Origin: Jeotgalibaca sp. MA1X17-3 | GTDB taxonomy: Bacteria > Bacillota > Bacilli > Lactobacillales > Aerococcaceae | Length of the DNA stretch: 24,000 bases | Direction of reading: 5' to 3' | Assembly (NCBI RefSeq): GCF_021513155.1 | Contig: NZ_CP090983.1 | Span: forward strand, 1,984,265 to 2,008,264 | Shown here: piece after piece, positions 23,445-24,000 of the stretch | How the letters are laid out: each line of letters begins with the position of its first letter | Position numbering within the stretch: the first letter of the stretch is position 1 | Notes under the pieces: model-generated | Seen by the model: only the letters and a program-made list of their open reading frames with translations | Told to the model about the DNA's origin: nothing | Database searches by the model: none | Made by a program: the position numbers and the translations under genes

Positions 23445-24000
23445 TCATTGTTGCGTGCCAAAATACCAATCTGGAGATTCCTTGATACTTCCCCATAGTC
23501 CATCTGGGATGAGTAGCTGGTCTTTTGAGAGCTCTTCGACTGTCTTTGGTAGATTGGTATCAACTGGGAACGTTGGATGCAGAACAAGGGGTCTTGCGAT
23601 AGAAACTAAGGGAACAACCTCTAGTGCTTTCGCAATTTTTTCTTCTGTATCTACAGATCCATTGCCAATCAGACAAATTGAATGTTCCAGCCCTTTTTCT
23701 ATTACCGATACTTTTATCTCTTCATTTTGTATTTCAAATAGATCATTCTGATTAAAATGAATATAATCTACCGTTAATTTGGAAATCTTTTCAGCAAGCC
23801 GACAGGTTTCTTGAAAAGTAATTCCATCTGCTGCATTTTCTTCCATAGCTAGTCGAACTCCAATAACGAATGAAGGACTGGCAGTTTTTTCTTTGATTTC
23901 GTTTGCTAATTTTAAAAGCGCTTCTAAAAAACGAAATCGTTTTTGTGCGTTTCCTCCCCAAAAATCTTTTCTTCGATTCGTTCGAGGAGATAAAAATTGT
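23445..24000 (-). CDS. Old-Yellow-Enzyme-type NADH:flavin oxidoreductase, 3' part (partial, continues past the right edge)
   Basis: The frame stays open upstream of the ORF-track Met to base 24000. It encodes FLSPRTNRRKDFWGGNAQKRFRFLEALL, the OYE-family FLSPxxNxRxDxYGGSxENRxRF motif. Confidence 0.8.
   Translation of the reverse strand, partial: QFLSPRTNRRKDFWGGNAQKRFRFLEALLKLANEIKEKTASPSFVIGVRLAMEENAADGITFQETCRLAEKISKLTVDYIHFNQNDLFEIQNEEIKVSVIEKGLEHSICLIGNGSVDTEEKIAKALEVVPLVSIARPLVLHPTFPVDTNLPKTVEELSKDQLLIPDGLWGSIKESPDWYFGTQQ

Noticed and set aside
1-24000. Search for defence systems, toxin-antitoxin pairs, prophage or biosynthetic gene clusters
   Set aside because: No nucleases, helicases, methyltransferases, integrases (other than the IS30 transposase), phage structural genes, NRPS/PKS or RiPP-type genes are recognisable. 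The accessory character of the window rests on metabolic and transport clusters instead.

Overview
AT-rich (roughly mid-30s %GC by eye) chromosomal segment of a low-GC Firmicute, probably a Lactobacillales/Enterococcus-like genome. Almost everything is on the minus strand. Left to right: the 3' end of an unknown gene, an IS30-family insertion sequence with recognisable inverted repeats, a HAD hydrolase with an apparent 3' frameshift, an MgtC-family protein, and a tandem array of ~52-bp hairpin repeats. The stand-out feature follows: a complete eight-gene operon (10567->3092, minus strand) matching the E. coli php/yhfS-yhfZ cluster. It encodes a DUF2620 protein, the YhfT membrane protein, the phosphotriesterase-homology protein, two PLP enzymes, an HTH regulator, a stand-alone PRD-like protein and a phosphopentomutase-like metalloenzyme. 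To my knowledge the substrate and pathway of this conserved cluster are still unassigned. Next come a lipoprotein serine hydrolase (beta-lactamase fold) divergent from an unusually short amidase-signature protein. Then a YesM/YesN (HptS/HptR)-type two-component system, whose response regulator is split at an A AAA AAG tract, sits directly upstream of an AfuABC/FbpABC-type ABC importer. The window ends with maltose O-acetyltransferase, a DUF975 membrane protein, alanine dehydrogenase, ~0.7 kb of non-coding DNA and the 3' part of an Old-Yellow-Enzyme-type oxidoreductase. I saw no CRISPR array, tRNA/rRNA gene, prophage or recognisable defence system. Three frame problems (HAD tail, yhfZ start, response regulator) would each be repaired by adding one base, two of them within an A7 homopolymer and the third by doubling a single G. 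Assembly error must therefore be excluded before any biological interpretation.
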